From Promethearchaeota archaeon (GTDB lineage Archaea > Asgardarchaeota > Lokiarchaeia > Sigyniarchaeales > SOKP01): a stretch of 64,000 bases of DNA. The stretch is from the NCBI GenBank assembly GCA_048938855.1, contig JBHLLT010000001.1, forward strand, positions 64,001-128,000, written 5' to 3'. The notes under the pieces are model-generated. The model did no database searches. It was given only the letters and a program-made list of their open reading frames with translations, and was not told the origin of the DNA. Shown here in pieces: positions 30,695 through 41,508 of the stretch. The position numbers and the translations under genes were made by a program. The first letter of the stretch is position 1. Every line of letters begins with the position of its first letter.

Positions 30695-31897
30695 TTAAAA
30701 ATCAATTTCTTTTCCATCATATGCATATGTATAAAGTCTTGAGAAATCATCTTTACTAGGGCTTCTTGGAGCCATCACACCACTAGGATCTTGATAACAT
30801 AAAGAAATTAAAGCACCCAAATGTTTTTCGAATTCTTCTCTTTCTATGCCTAAATCTTTAAGAGATGTAGGAAATTCTACTAATTTTTGAAGCTCTTTTA
30901 TTTTTTCTAAAACTATGTTAGCTGCTTTCTTATCTTCATCTTCCCATTTTGCCCATCCTAATTTTTTTGCTAATTCTGAATATAACTGAATAGCTTCATT
31001 TGTATCACCTGGAGCATTTATACAATACTGCAAAACATATGGTAGAAAAAGACCTACTAAACTGCCGTGAGGAAATGGAAAAATCGCCGCAAAACTATGT
31101 CCAAGTGCATGAACTATATGAACTTGAGAATTACTAAATGCTATTCCCGCCATTGTTGCCGCTTGGTGTAAAAAATCCCTAGCTTCCATGTTATTTCCCT
31201 CTTTAAAAGCAACAGGGAGATATTTAAAGATTAATTCAATAGCTTTTGGTACTAATGCATTACTGAATTCATTTCTCCAAGCAGAAATATAAGCTTCAAA
31301 CGAGTGTGAGAGAGCATCAAATGCAGTACTAATTGTTAACTTCTGAGGCATTCCACTAGGAAAGATCGGGTCAACTATTGCATATGTTGGAACTAATGAT
31401 TCATGAGCAAAAGACCCTTTTCTCCAAACACCATTTTTGTATTGTGAAACAATAGCTGCCCAAGTTGCTTCAGATCCAGTTCCTGAAGTAGTAGGAATTG
31501 CTATAAATTTTGCTTTTTTAGCAAAATTAAATAATTCAGGGTTGTTAAAATTTATATCATCAATTGTAAAACTAGGATACTCATACATTGCCCAAACGAC
31601 TTTAGCTGTATCCATTACTGAGCCCCCACCTAAAGCTATTATTAAATCTGGAGCAAATTTATTGCAATCCTCCTTTCCCTTCATTACATCATCTTCATGT
31701 GGATCTGGAATAACATCTTTAAATACGCGGAATTCCTTCCCAAACTTATCTAGTACATCTGTAAGGATTTTTAAATACCCTAATTCTTCAAGAGTATTAT
31801 CAGTTACTATAAAACATTTTTTTCCAGGTATATTTTCAAAAGCAGCTAAAGAACCTTCACCATAAAATACTTTTGGACTAAAAAAATGCCACATCAT
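30695..31897 (-). CDS. Iron-containing alcohol dehydrogenase
   Basis: GGGSVMD, PTTSGTGSE, DALSH, HALGH...HG. Confidence 0.92.
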   Translation of the reverse strand: MMWHFFSPKVFYGEGSLAAFENIPGKKCFIVTDNTLEELGYLKILTDVLDKFGKEFRVFKDVIPDPHEDDVMKGKEDCNKFAPDLIIALGGGSVMDTAKVVWAMYEYPSFTIDDINFNNPELFNFAKKAKFIAIPTTSGTGSEATWAAIVSQYKNGVWRKGSFAHESLVPTYAIVDPIFPSGMPQKLTISTAFDALSHSFEAYISAWRNEFSNALVPKAIELIFKYLPVAFKEGNNMEARDFLHQAATMAGIAFSNSQVHIVHALGHSFAAIFPFPHGSLVGLFLPYVLQYCINAPGDTNEAIQLYSELAKKLGWAKWEDEDKKAANIVLEKIKELQKLVEFPTSLKDLGIEREEFEKHLGALISLCYQDPSGVMAPRSPSKDDFSRLYTYAYDGKEIDF

Positions 31898-32066
31898 AAG
31901 CTTTAACCTTCGATTTTGCTTTACTAATTTGAGATTTATTAAATTGATTTAATTTGTAAATAATATTTTTGGTTTTATTAAATTTTATATTTACATTAAA
32001 TGCAAATTTAATAATATACAAGCTTCATTTAAGAATAATTATGAAATTATAAAGGATGATTAAAAT

Positions 32067-32474
32067 ATGGAAGAATCTGAACAAGATAATTTATTCACAA
32101 CATTTCAACAAACAATTGAAAGTGTTATAAAAGAAAAGAGGAGTGACCCAAAAAATAATAAATTATTAGATAAATTCAATGCTAGGATAATTATCGGTTT
32201 ACAAATTGAAGCAGATTATTATTTTTGGGTAAATCTAGTTGGAAAAGATGGAAATTTTACCTTAGGCAAAGGAAAATTAGATGAATATGATTTAGAATTA
32301 AGAGCAGCCCCAGAAGATTTAGTTTTTTTTGTTAATGGAGAAAATTCAGTTCTTAATATGATGTTTAAAAAAAGTCAATTTGGACATAAGAAATTGAGAT
32401 TTTCAAAAGGATCAACAGGGAAACGTAACTTGGGAATATTATTAAAACTTTCGAAAATTTTAGTATTAGATTAG
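32067..32474 (+). CDS. SCP2 (sterol carrier)-like lipid-binding protein
   Basis: DLELRAAPEDLVFFVNGENSVLNMMF...KLRF pattern. Confidence 0.6.
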   Translation: MEESEQDNLFTTFQQTIESVIKEKRSDPKNNKLLDKFNARIIIGLQIEADYYFWVNLVGKDGNFTLGKGKLDEYDLELRAAPEDLVFFVNGENSVLNMMFKKSQFGHKKLRFSKGSTGKRNLGILLKLSKILVLD

Positions 32475-33121
32475 TCTTTAATGAAAATTAATTTATTTTT
32501 TTCAAATATTTGGTTCTTTTTAAAAGCAAATTTGTATTCAAAATTTTCAATTTTTCTGGTTTGCTTATTAATTTGGTAAAGCTGTACACTAATTTCTTTA
32601 TTTCTAACATTTATAGATAATTCAATAAAAGAAGGAGTACCACTCGCAATGAATGACCATGCGCCAGTAACACTTCCAGGATTAATTAAAAGAATCCCTT
32701 CATTTGTTAAAAAAACTTCTTCTTTATGAGTGTGACCAGATACCATAATATTATACCTTCTGTCCTGAGCTAAGATTCCTAATTGATCGTGGTCTCCTCG
32801 GGGACTTACTTGTGCTCCATGTGTTAAACCTAGGATAATTTTATCGTTATCTTCAAAAGAAATGACTAATTTTTGATAATTTGGTGCATCACGATTCCCG
32901 TAATAATAATCCATATTTCCAATTACTTTAAATAAATTTATTATTGTTTTCTGATTCAAGTAATCAATTAATTTTGGGAAATTAATTAAATCACCTGTAA
33001 ATAAAGTATAATGAAAAGAAGATTTTTCTGTTAATTCATCCAGTTTTTCATATATTTGCACAGGTAGATCTTTTGCACGAACAGGTACATGCGAGTCTCC
33101 AATGCATAATATTCGAACCAT
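32471..33121 (-). CDS. Vps29/YfcE-like metallophosphoesterase
   Basis: ILCIGDSHVPVRA, TGDL, GNMD, THG, SGHTH, INPGSVTGA. Confidence 0.88.
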   Translation of the reverse strand: MVRILCIGDSHVPVRAKDLPVQIYEKLDELTEKSSFHYTLFTGDLINFPKLIDYLNQKTIINLFKVIGNMDYYYGNRDAPNYQKLVISFEDNDKIILGLTHGAQVSPRGDHDQLGILAQDRRYNIMVSGHTHKEEVFLTNEGILLINPGSVTGAWSFIASGTPSFIELSINVRNKEISVQLYQINKQTRKIENFEYKFAFKKNQIFEKNKLIFIKD

Positions 33122-33130
33122 GATAATAAA

Positions 33131-34609
33131 TCAAATATAACTTTTATTTTTAGAATCTTGAACTAAAATCCAGAAGTTTTTAATCATATCTCCTAAATTA
33201 GGAAATGTAGGTATGTTATTGTCAGCCATATACTTTGCTACTTTTTGAACTTCTTTTTCCTCACCAATTAACCAAAAGAATATTGGTTTGGATGCATTTA
33301 TGATGCTATCAACTATTTGTTTGTAATTGATAGAACTTCTAAATTGTTTTGAACAAAACATCATATTAAGAATACCCTCTATTCTATCATCTTTTAATAG
33401 AAGATCATAAAGATAAATTGTAAGTTCTCCTGGATTTTTATTATTCATCATTGCTTTTTCCATTGCTGGCCAAAAATCTATGAGGGCAAATCGATTTGGA
33501 GGCATCCATTTAGGAAACATGTCTACAAGAGAATTATATAGTTGATCTCCAAAAATAGGAAACTTCAGACCATATTCTGCAGTTATATCAGCAACAATTG
33601 TACCTGCACCACCTGATCCAGTAATTAAAGATACATTTCCTTCTTTTGGCATGATTTTATTTTTATTATACATTATTGAGAAGGTTCGAGCAAATCGAAA
33701 TAGTTCGTAGAAATCTTTAGCTGGAATTATTCCAGATTGTTTTATTACCGCTTTAGTCAATTCCGCTTTTTCTGCTAATGATCCTGTATGGCTTAAAGTA
33801 GCTTTCTGTCCCTGCTGCGTTATACCGCCTTTTAAAAAAATAATTGTCTTGTTAGTAATTTTCCTTGCTTTTCTACACAATTCGATAAATCTTCTTGGAT
33901 TCTTAAAGGATTCAAGGTATATTGCAATAACATTAACAGTTGGATCTTCTAAAAAATATTCTAAAAATTCAATTTCACTTAAGTCCATCTTGTTTCCAAT
34001 TGAACAAGAATATCTAATACCTAAATCAGGATACTTTTCCATCATATACAACAAATATCCACCATTCAACATCCCAGACTGACTAATTATAGCGATATTA
34101 CCTCTTTTATATTTATAAAAAACAGCAAAACTGCTAAAAAATCCCCCTTTTTTATTAATTTTTGAATTACTACTCTCATCAATTCGAGTAAGCCCCATGC
34201 AATTTGGCCCTAAAATCCGGATTTTTGAGAAATTTTCTGTAATTTTTAAGATTTGATCTCTTAACTCAAGGCCTTTCTCACCTACTTCTTCAAATCCTGA
34301 AGCTTCAATAATAGCTCCTTTAACTCCTTTTTGAATGCATTCTTCTAATATCCCAGGAATTATCTGATTTGGGACATAGAATACAGCAATATCTACATTT
34401 TCCTGAATATCCAAAACTGATTTTTTGAATTCTAGACCAAACAATTCGTCATCTGAGTTAGGGTTAACAGGGTAAATTTTTCCCCCGAAATTATTAGTAA
34501 CAAGATTATCTACAATTCGGTTTCCTCCCTTTGTAAAATTTTTAGAGGCTCCAATTACAGCAACAGATTTTGGATTTAAAAACAAATCAATGATTTTATT
34601 ACTTGACAA
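33131..34609 (-). CDS. acdA: ADP-forming acyl-CoA synthetase alpha subunit
   Basis: PKSVAVIGAS, GPNCMG, ISQSG, GNKMD, SHTGSLA (phospho-His), GSGGAG. Confidence 0.88.
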   Translation of the reverse strand: MSSNKIIDLFLNPKSVAVIGASKNFTKGGNRIVDNLVTNNFGGKIYPVNPNSDDELFGLEFKKSVLDIQENVDIAVFYVPNQIIPGILEECIQKGVKGAIIEASGFEEVGEKGLELRDQILKITENFSKIRILGPNCMGLTRIDESSNSKINKKGGFFSSFAVFYKYKRGNIAIISQSGMLNGGYLLYMMEKYPDLGIRYSCSIGNKMDLSEIEFLEYFLEDPTVNVIAIYLESFKNPRRFIELCRKARKITNKTIIFLKGGITQQGQKATLSHTGSLAEKAELTKAVIKQSGIIPAKDFYELFRFARTFSIMYNKNKIMPKEGNVSLITGSGGAGTIVADITAEYGLKFPIFGDQLYNSLVDMFPKWMPPNRFALIDFWPAMEKAMMNNKNPGELTIYLYDLLLKDDRIEGILNMMFCSKQFRSSINYKQIVDSIINASKPIFFWLIGEEKEVQKVAKYMADNNIPTFPNLGDMIKNFWILVQDSKNKSYI

Positions 34610-34636
34610 AATTAAATCAGTTTCTAATTTTTTCGT

Positions 34637-35752
34637 TTAGGCTTCTTTATATTTTTCATATTCTCTTTGAACAAATTGATATAACTCTTTTGCATTTTCA
34701 TCTTCATTGAAATGTTTTATAACAGGAGCTAGAAATTGGTTAAGATATTTTACTACAGCTAATTTTAAATCAGGTGGATTTAATCTACCTTCACTATAGT
34801 CTTTTTCCAATTCCTCATATGAGTTATATTTAACATTTCCACCATATTTTTCCGGGCGCTCAACTTGAATAATATCTACAAGTTCAAAAATAATATATTT
34901 ACAATATTCTAAAACGGGATTTTCTTTAGTTTGTTTAGGCGGGCAATATGCTTTATTTATCTTATGTTTTACAACTTTAGGAGAGTCAAGCATAAATATT
35001 GATGAATCAGGATCAGATTTAGACATTTTTATTTGGATAGCTTTATCAATACCAGTTAATTCTGAAGGAGGAGGTTTATTTAATCCCATTAGCATATGAT
35101 GATGAATTGCGACTGGTTTGGGTTTATTTAGCTTTTTAGCAACTTCTCTTGCTAACATATTTACTTTTCTTTGATCTAAACCAAGTTGACAAATATCTGC
35201 AGGAAGATAGAAAATATCTGCGCACTGCATCAATGGATAAAGAATTTGAGAAGCATAGAGTTTATCAGATTCACTTCTTCCCATAATTTGAGTACATCTT
35301 TTTACTCTTTTTAAGGTAGTTTCTATTCCAATTTTAAGAACTAATTCCCAATACTTATCTTCTTTTACAAGATCCGAAGCATAAATAAATTCAATTTTAG
35401 TTAAATCCATTCCACAAACTTTCCAAACATCTATAAAAAAATCTCCTACTTTTTTAATTACTTCTAAATTACCACCAAACTTCTTATTAGCGGCAGCATG
35501 CCAGTCTGCAACCAGAAATTTAAAACGTACTCCTGCTCTTGTTATTTTATTTACATTAATTGCTCTTAAAAGACCTTGAGCTATATGAATATTTCCTGAA
35601 GGTTCAAAGCCATCATAAGCATAAATCTCCTTATTATGTTTAACTTTCCATGCAATCATTTCTCTTAATTCATCAAAACTAATAATTTCTTCCCCAACTT
35701 CTTCTAATAAAGAGACCTTTTCGTCTAAAGTTAAACCCATATTATCATTCAC
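34637..35752 (-). CDS. tyrS: Tyrosyl-tRNA synthetase, HIAQG type (as in plants, protists and giant viruses)
   Basis: YDGFEPSGNIHIAQG, YPLMQCAD, QLGLDQRKVNMLARE, KMSKSDP. Confidence 0.93.
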   Translation of the reverse strand: MNDNMGLTLDEKVSLLEEVGEEIISFDELREMIAWKVKHNKEIYAYDGFEPSGNIHIAQGLLRAINVNKITRAGVRFKFLVADWHAAANKKFGGNLEVIKKVGDFFIDVWKVCGMDLTKIEFIYASDLVKEDKYWELVLKIGIETTLKRVKRCTQIMGRSESDKLYASQILYPLMQCADIFYLPADICQLGLDQRKVNMLAREVAKKLNKPKPVAIHHHMLMGLNKPPPSELTGIDKAIQIKMSKSDPDSSIFMLDSPKVVKHKINKAYCPPKQTKENPVLEYCKYIIFELVDIIQVERPEKYGGNVKYNSYEELEKDYSEGRLNPPDLKLAVVKYLNQFLAPVIKHFNEDENAKELYQFVQREYEKYKEA

Positions 35753-35874
35753 TAAATATTATATAATTTAGGTAATAGTTTGCTTGATATAACCTTTATG
35801 GATTTTAGAAATTCATTGTTAATCATTATCATAACGTAGTAAGAAATAGAAATTAAATCTAAATAGAAATAAAT

Positions 35875-37011
35875 TTAACCCAAAATTAATAATTCTTCTA
35901 ACTCTTTTTTCATTTTTTGAATATGAGGTTGCCCAAAATGAACTCTGACAGGTTTTAACATCTCAATAATTTTATTTGCAACACCTGATTTCAAATCGAG
36001 AGGATGTAGGCTTTTTGAGAAATATGCTTCTTCGACTTCCTTGTATGAATAAAATTCTATATCTCCACCAAATTTAGATTTTCTTTCAATCGGAAGACTT
36101 GATTCAATATTTCTAAAAATAAGGTATTTTGTCCAATCTAATATGGGATTAAATGTAATGTTACCTTCTGGGCAAAATGCTGAATTAACTTTGGCTCGTA
36201 TATCATCGGGATTATCATTTATAAAAACTGCTGAATTTGGTATTGATTTACTCATTTTCATATCTGACCAAATTTCTTGAAATTTTTTCTCGTCTTCAAT
36301 AGGCCAAATCGATGGTTTTGTCAATCCTAGTATTAAATGATGATGCACACAAATTGGTTTTATTTTTTCTCCATCTATATTTTTTAGGTTATTTTTTTTC
36401 ATCTTTAAAGCAACATCCCTAGCTACTACATGAGCTTTTCGCTGATCATATCCAGCGTGAGCTAGATTAACGTTTTGAATAAAGATATCAGCAACTTGCA
36501 TGGCAGGATATAAGAGTTTTGCAAAATCTACTCCTTCACCTAACTTCCGTCCCATTATTGTAATACTTCTATGCATCCTACTTAATGTAGTATTCTTACA
36601 TACATCGATAAATGTTTCCCAATATGCATCATTATTATGATAGAGATCTGTACCAAGTGTGAATTTTACTTGCTCTGGATCAGCCCCAACACTTATTAAA
36701 CAAGCTTTCAAGCCTTCTTTAAAATATCCCAATCCAATCTTTTGGATTTTCTCTCTATCACCTCCAAGTTTATCGTTTATCCAACTATGCCAATCTGCAA
36801 GAAATATCGAGCATTTAACGCCAGCATCAATAAAATCTTTGATTTTTGACATACAAATAATTCCTGTCCCTAAGTGAATCTTTCCAGAAATTTCAAATCC
36901 AATATAATGATTTAATTGAGTATCGGTTTCGAGATAAAGTTTTAAATCTTCTTCGGTAAGAACTTCCTCTGTTCCTTGCTTTATCAAATCAATCTTTTCA
37001 GAAATATCCAT
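35875..37011 (-). CDS. tyrS: Tyrosyl-tRNA synthetase, crenarchaeal-like type
   Basis: YIGFEISGKIHLGTG, YPAMQVAD, HAGYDQRKAHV, KMSKSIP. Confidence 0.93.
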   Translation of the reverse strand: MDISEKIDLIKQGTEEVLTEEDLKLYLETDTQLNHYIGFEISGKIHLGTGIICMSKIKDFIDAGVKCSIFLADWHSWINDKLGGDREKIQKIGLGYFKEGLKACLISVGADPEQVKFTLGTDLYHNNDAYWETFIDVCKNTTLSRMHRSITIMGRKLGEGVDFAKLLYPAMQVADIFIQNVNLAHAGYDQRKAHVVARDVALKMKKNNLKNIDGEKIKPICVHHHLILGLTKPSIWPIEDEKKFQEIWSDMKMSKSIPNSAVFINDNPDDIRAKVNSAFCPEGNITFNPILDWTKYLIFRNIESSLPIERKSKFGGDIEFYSYKEVEEAYFSKSLHPLDLKSGVANKIIEMLKPVRVHFGQPHIQKMKKELEELLILG

Positions 37012-37110
37012 ATTCTCAAATGACTTGTAGATTCTTTACACAATTAATGGTCTTCGTAGTTTTTATAGTTTAATAAATGAGATTTAAAGGGTAAGAATAG
37101 AATTTTATTT

Positions 37111-37686
37111 TTATTTTAATTTTTTTTGAATTTTTAATCGATAAATACCTCCTGGAAGCCATAAAACGATTCCTAATAGACCCCCGAGAAAAAAAGTAAT
37201 AGAATCGTTCCATAAAAAAAATTTATAGACGATTGTTATTATTAGGACTAAAATTCCAATCAGAAATCTTAATGGATTTTTAAATTCATTATTTATTACC
37301 TGATGAAGTATGAAGAAAAACAGGATTATCGCATGTCCACTTAAAGGGATAATGATGATATACCTAACGAATGAAAAAATTGCTACAATAAAACATTCAC
37401 ATAATAATAAAATGTAGAATACTCGTTCCTTTTCCTTTCCCTTCTCATTCCAGAGCCAAATTGCTTCTCCTAATAGAATCCCAAAAGGGAAAAAAACTGG
37501 AATCATGTATATTGGCGGTGTTAAAATACTAAGAGTTTCAGTAGCAGTAATAACAAAGGGGTAACCTCTAATAGCGAAAAATAAAATTGAGAAAATTGTT
37601 ATAATTAATCCAGTTCCATAAATAATAATACCTTCCCTTACTGAAGGTTTTAAATTAGTTAAAAAAGGCCTAATTTTTCTTATCAA
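37111..37686 (-). CDS. Hypothetical multi-pass membrane protein
   Basis: About 6 hydrophobic segments; PLSGHA motif. Confidence 0.65.
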   Translation of the reverse strand: MIRKIRPFLTNLKPSVREGIIIYGTGLIITIFSILFFAIRGYPFVITATETLSILTPPIYMIPVFFPFGILLGEAIWLWNEKGKEKERVFYILLLCECFIVAIFSFVRYIIIIPLSGHAIILFFFILHQVINNEFKNPLRFLIGILVLIITIVYKFFLWNDSITFFLGGLLGIVLWLPGGIYRLKIQKKLK

Positions 37687-37775
37687 TTAAGTAGTTTAAG
37701 AACTCTAATTTAAGATTTGAGAATTAATATAAAAATAAATAACAGAACCAGAGTTAATAAAAATAGATTCTGAAC

Positions 37776-40469
37776 CTATTTTTGCCTTTCTTCTATTACA
37801 GCTTGAGCTGCTGCTATTCGGGCTACAGGGATTCTATATGGTGAACATGATACATAATCTAAACCAATTGAATGTGCAAATTTGATTGAACTTGGCTCTC
37901 CTCCATGTTCTCCACAAATTCCAGTCTTCAAGTCTGGTCTGGTTTTCTTACCAAGCTCTAATGCCATTTTCATTAACTTCCCTACACCATCTTGATCGAG
38001 AACTTCAAAAGGATTTTCACTCAAAATTTCCTTGTTTAAGTAAATTGGGAGAAATTTACCCTCCGCATCGTCTCGAGAGAAACCATAAGTCATTTGGGTT
38101 AAGTCATTAGTGCCAAAACTAAAAAACTCGGCTTCAATAGCTATTTCATCTGCGGTTAAGGCAGCTCTAGGAATTTCAATCATTGTACCAAACTTATATT
38201 CTAACTCCACACCATAGCTTTTTATTATTTCTTCGGCGATCTCGAGAAGTTGCGACTTAACTAATTGTAACTCCGATATCATACCCACTAGTGGAATCAT
38301 GACTTCTGGGATGACATCAATCCCTTTAAGTTTAAGCTCACAAGCAGCTTCAAAAATTGCCCGTACTTGCATCTCATTAATTTCTGGCCAGACTATTCCC
38401 AGTCTGCAGCCTCTTAAGCCGAGCATGGGATTTTCCTCAGAGAGGGACCGGATAAGGCTGATTACTTTATTCTTCTTCTTAATTTCGGCATCCAATGGGC
38501 TTGTACCTAGTAATGCATTAGATAACGCATTGGTCATTTTAAGTTCCTGACTCTCGAGCAGAACCGTCGATAACTCAGGTAAGAATTCATGTAAGGGAGG
38601 ATCTAATAGTCGGATTGTTACTGGTTTACCTTCCATTATTATAAAAATTTCGTAGAAATCTCCTTTTTGCATGGGCAGTAATTTATTTAACGCATCTTGG
38701 CGATCTTCGGTCGTTCTTGCCATAATCATTGCTTGCACAATTGGCAGACGATCTTGAGCCATAAACATATGCTCGGTCCTGCAAAGCCCGATACCTTGAG
38801 CACCAAATTCAATCGCTTTTTTTGCATCAACAGGAGTATCTGCATTTGCTCTAACTCCCAAAAATTTCATCTCATCAGCCATCTTTAGCAATTCAAGGAA
38901 TTCCCCTCTTATTTCAGGTTCAACTAAAGGAACTTTGCCCTCAATAATTCTGCCCGTCGTCCCATCAATTGTAATAAATTCCCCTTCTTTTACAACCATT
39001 TCAGCAACTCTAAATTCTCTTTTTTCTTCATCAATCTCGACATCTTGAGCACCCACAACAGCAGGTTTACCCATACCTCTAGCAACCACTGCGGCATGGG
39101 AAGTTTTTCCACCAAATTGAGTTAATACACCGCTAGCAGCATAAAGTCCGTGTACATCTTCAGGTTTAGTTTGTGGTCTTACAAGAATTATTTCTGCATT
39201 TTCTTGATTTGCCAACGCTTCTGCTCTATCAGAATCAAAAACAGCTACTCCAGAAACTGCTCCTGGAGATGCGTTAATACCATGAGCTAAAACATGGATA
39301 ATTGAATTTTCATCAATGCTTTTAAATAATAATTTTGCTACTTTTTTTGAATCTATACTCATTATCGCTTTTTCTTTAGAAATTAATCCCTCTTTAACCA
39401 TATCAACTGCAATTTTAACAGCAGCTGATGGGGTTCGTTTTCCATCTCGTGTTTGTAGAATATTTAATTTTCCGTCCTCAATGGTAAATTCTATATCTTG
39501 CATGTCTCTATAGTGTTTTTCAAGGTCAATCATAGTTTTCAAAAGTTCCTTATATACTTTAGGAAACTCGTCCTTCATTTCTTCGAGCTTTTTAGGTGTT
39601 CTTATACCTGCAACTACGTCTTCTCCTTGAGCATTTGCTAAATATTCACCAAATTTGACATTTTCTCCAGTTGAGGGATCTCTAGTGAAAGCAACTCCTG
39701 TAGCAGAATTCCAACCTTTATTTCCAAACACCATTGTTTGAATATTGACTGCTGTACCAAAATCGGGAATATTGTTAATTTTTCGATATGTTATAGCCCG
39801 TCTATTATTCCAAGATTTAAAGACTGCTTCGATTGCTATAAACAATTGTTTAAAAGGATCTTGTGGAAACGGAGTACCAATTTCATTTTCATAAAGTGTT
39901 TTATAATCTGCTATAATCTTTTGTAAATCATTTACTTTTAAATCTGTATCTTGAGCATTTCGACCAAGAGCTCTTTTATATTTATTTAAAATTCTCTCGA
40001 ATTTTTCATCACCGATTCCCATACAGACATCTCCAAACATTTGGATAAATCTTCTCCATGAATCATAAGCGAATCGAGTATTTCCCGTTTGTTCCGCTAA
40101 TCCTAATACACTATCATCATTTAACCCTAAATTAAGAACTGTATCCATCATTCCTGGCATGCTCATTGGAGCCCCAGATCGCACGCTTACTAGCAAAGGG
40201 TTTTTAAGATCACCAAACTTCTTTCCTGTAGTTTCTTCTAACTTTTTAAGATATTCCATGACTTTTGGTTTTAATTCTTTCATTATTTTTTCTGGATTCC
40301 CAAAATAAAGAAGACATGCTTCTGTTGTTATTGTAAATCCTGGGGGGATCTTAAGTCCTAAATTGGTCATTTCTGCTAGATTTGCTCCTTTTCCTCCGAG
40401 GAGATTTTTCAAATCTTTATTTCCTTCGTTAAATCCATAGACAAATTTCTTGTTTTCCGTAGTTGTCAT
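37776..40469 (-). CDS. ppdK: Pyruvate, phosphate dikinase
   Basis: GGKGANL, SVRSGA.SMPGMMDT, GGKTSHAAVVARG (phospho-His), GLCRTEHM, SFGTNDLTQ, GICGEH. Confidence 0.97.
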   Translation of the reverse strand: MTTTENKKFVYGFNEGNKDLKNLLGGKGANLAEMTNLGLKIPPGFTITTEACLLYFGNPEKIMKELKPKVMEYLKKLEETTGKKFGDLKNPLLVSVRSGAPMSMPGMMDTVLNLGLNDDSVLGLAEQTGNTRFAYDSWRRFIQMFGDVCMGIGDEKFERILNKYKRALGRNAQDTDLKVNDLQKIIADYKTLYENEIGTPFPQDPFKQLFIAIEAVFKSWNNRRAITYRKINNIPDFGTAVNIQTMVFGNKGWNSATGVAFTRDPSTGENVKFGEYLANAQGEDVVAGIRTPKKLEEMKDEFPKVYKELLKTMIDLEKHYRDMQDIEFTIEDGKLNILQTRDGKRTPSAAVKIAVDMVKEGLISKEKAIMSIDSKKVAKLLFKSIDENSIIHVLAHGINASPGAVSGVAVFDSDRAEALANQENAEIILVRPQTKPEDVHGLYAASGVLTQFGGKTSHAAVVARGMGKPAVVGAQDVEIDEEKREFRVAEMVVKEGEFITIDGTTGRIIEGKVPLVEPEIRGEFLELLKMADEMKFLGVRANADTPVDAKKAIEFGAQGIGLCRTEHMFMAQDRLPIVQAMIMARTTEDRQDALNKLLPMQKGDFYEIFIIMEGKPVTIRLLDPPLHEFLPELSTVLLESQELKMTNALSNALLGTSPLDAEIKKKNKVISLIRSLSEENPMLGLRGCRLGIVWPEINEMQVRAIFEAACELKLKGIDVIPEVMIPLVGMISELQLVKSQLLEIAEEIIKSYGVELEYKFGTMIEIPRAALTADEIAIEAEFFSFGTNDLTQMTYGFSRDDAEGKFLPIYLNKEILSENPFEVLDQDGVGKLMKMALELGKKTRPDLKTGICGEHGGEPSSIKFAHSIGLDYVSCSPYRIPVARIAAAQAVIEERQK

Positions 40470-40638
40470 ACTTTTTTACCAAACTCTTAATAATCATCAA
40501 CTCGATAAAATACAAACAACACTCTTAGTTTTTATATTTTACTTTGATGACTTGTAATACTACTCTTATTATAGAAAAGGTTTTAGATTGAAATAAAATT
40601 TACGGAAAAACGAATAAAGCGGGACAACTATTCAATTA

Positions 40639-41445
40639 TTATTTATTAAAAGCGTCAAGTAAGTCCCAAATTCCATTTATAACAAAATCAGGTTTATATT
40701 CACTTTTTTTTATATCTTCTAGAGTTGTTTCTCCAGATAAAACGCAACAAGTTGTCACTCCTGTCTCAATACCCATTTTAATATCAGTATATAAGCGATC
40801 TCCAAAAATGACAGCACTTTTAGGTGATAGATCTAACTGATTTAATTTAAAAAGAAGCATTTCTTTACTCGGTTTGCCAAAGACCTTAGGCATTCTTTTA
40901 GTAGCTTTGAATAGAAGTGCGGCTATTCCTCCAGCATCAGGAATATATCCATTTTCAGTTGGGCATCTATTATCAAGGTGTGTAGCTATATATGGAAAAT
41001 TTTCCTTTTGAAGCAAATACGATGCTTTTGCTAAACGTTCATATGTTAATTCTTGATCAAATGCAAGCACTAAAATTTCCGGATTATCTTCAGTTAATAT
41101 AAATCCCTCATTTAAAAACTCGGTTTTAAGTGATTGAGTTCCTAACAAAAAGATATTTTTAGCATTATGTCTTTTAAGGTAATCTATTGTGGGATGCTGA
41201 GATAAAATTAAATCTTCTCGAGTAATATTTAGGTTAAACCCATCTAATTTTTTTAGGTAATCGTTTGTTGATTTGCTTGAATTATTAGAAAGAAAGAAAA
41301 CATCCTTATTCTTTTTTCTTAATGTTCCTATCAGTTCTTGAACACCTTGGAATAATGTATCTCCTAAATAAAGAGTACCATCTAAATCAAAGAAGTAGAC
41401 TTGCTTATTAAGTAGTTCGAATATTTTTCTACTGTGATTACTCAT
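40639..41445 (-). CDS. HAD-IIA (NagD-like) phosphatase
   Basis: FDLDGT, SNNS, GKPS, GDRLYTDI. Confidence 0.92.
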   Translation of the reverse strand: MSNHSRKIFELLNKQVYFFDLDGTLYLGDTLFQGVQELIGTLRKKNKDVFFLSNNSSKSTNDYLKKLDGFNLNITREDLILSQHPTIDYLKRHNAKNIFLLGTQSLKTEFLNEGFILTEDNPEILVLAFDQELTYERLAKASYLLQKENFPYIATHLDNRCPTENGYIPDAGGIAALLFKATKRMPKVFGKPSKEMLLFKLNQLDLSPKSAVIFGDRLYTDIKMGIETGVTTCCVLSGETTLEDIKKSEYKPDFVINGIWDLLDAFNK

Positions 41446-41508
41446 CTTAGATTTATTGAATAATTTAGATTTTAATTAATAAGAAAAAAAAATTGAAAGT
41501 TACTAATT

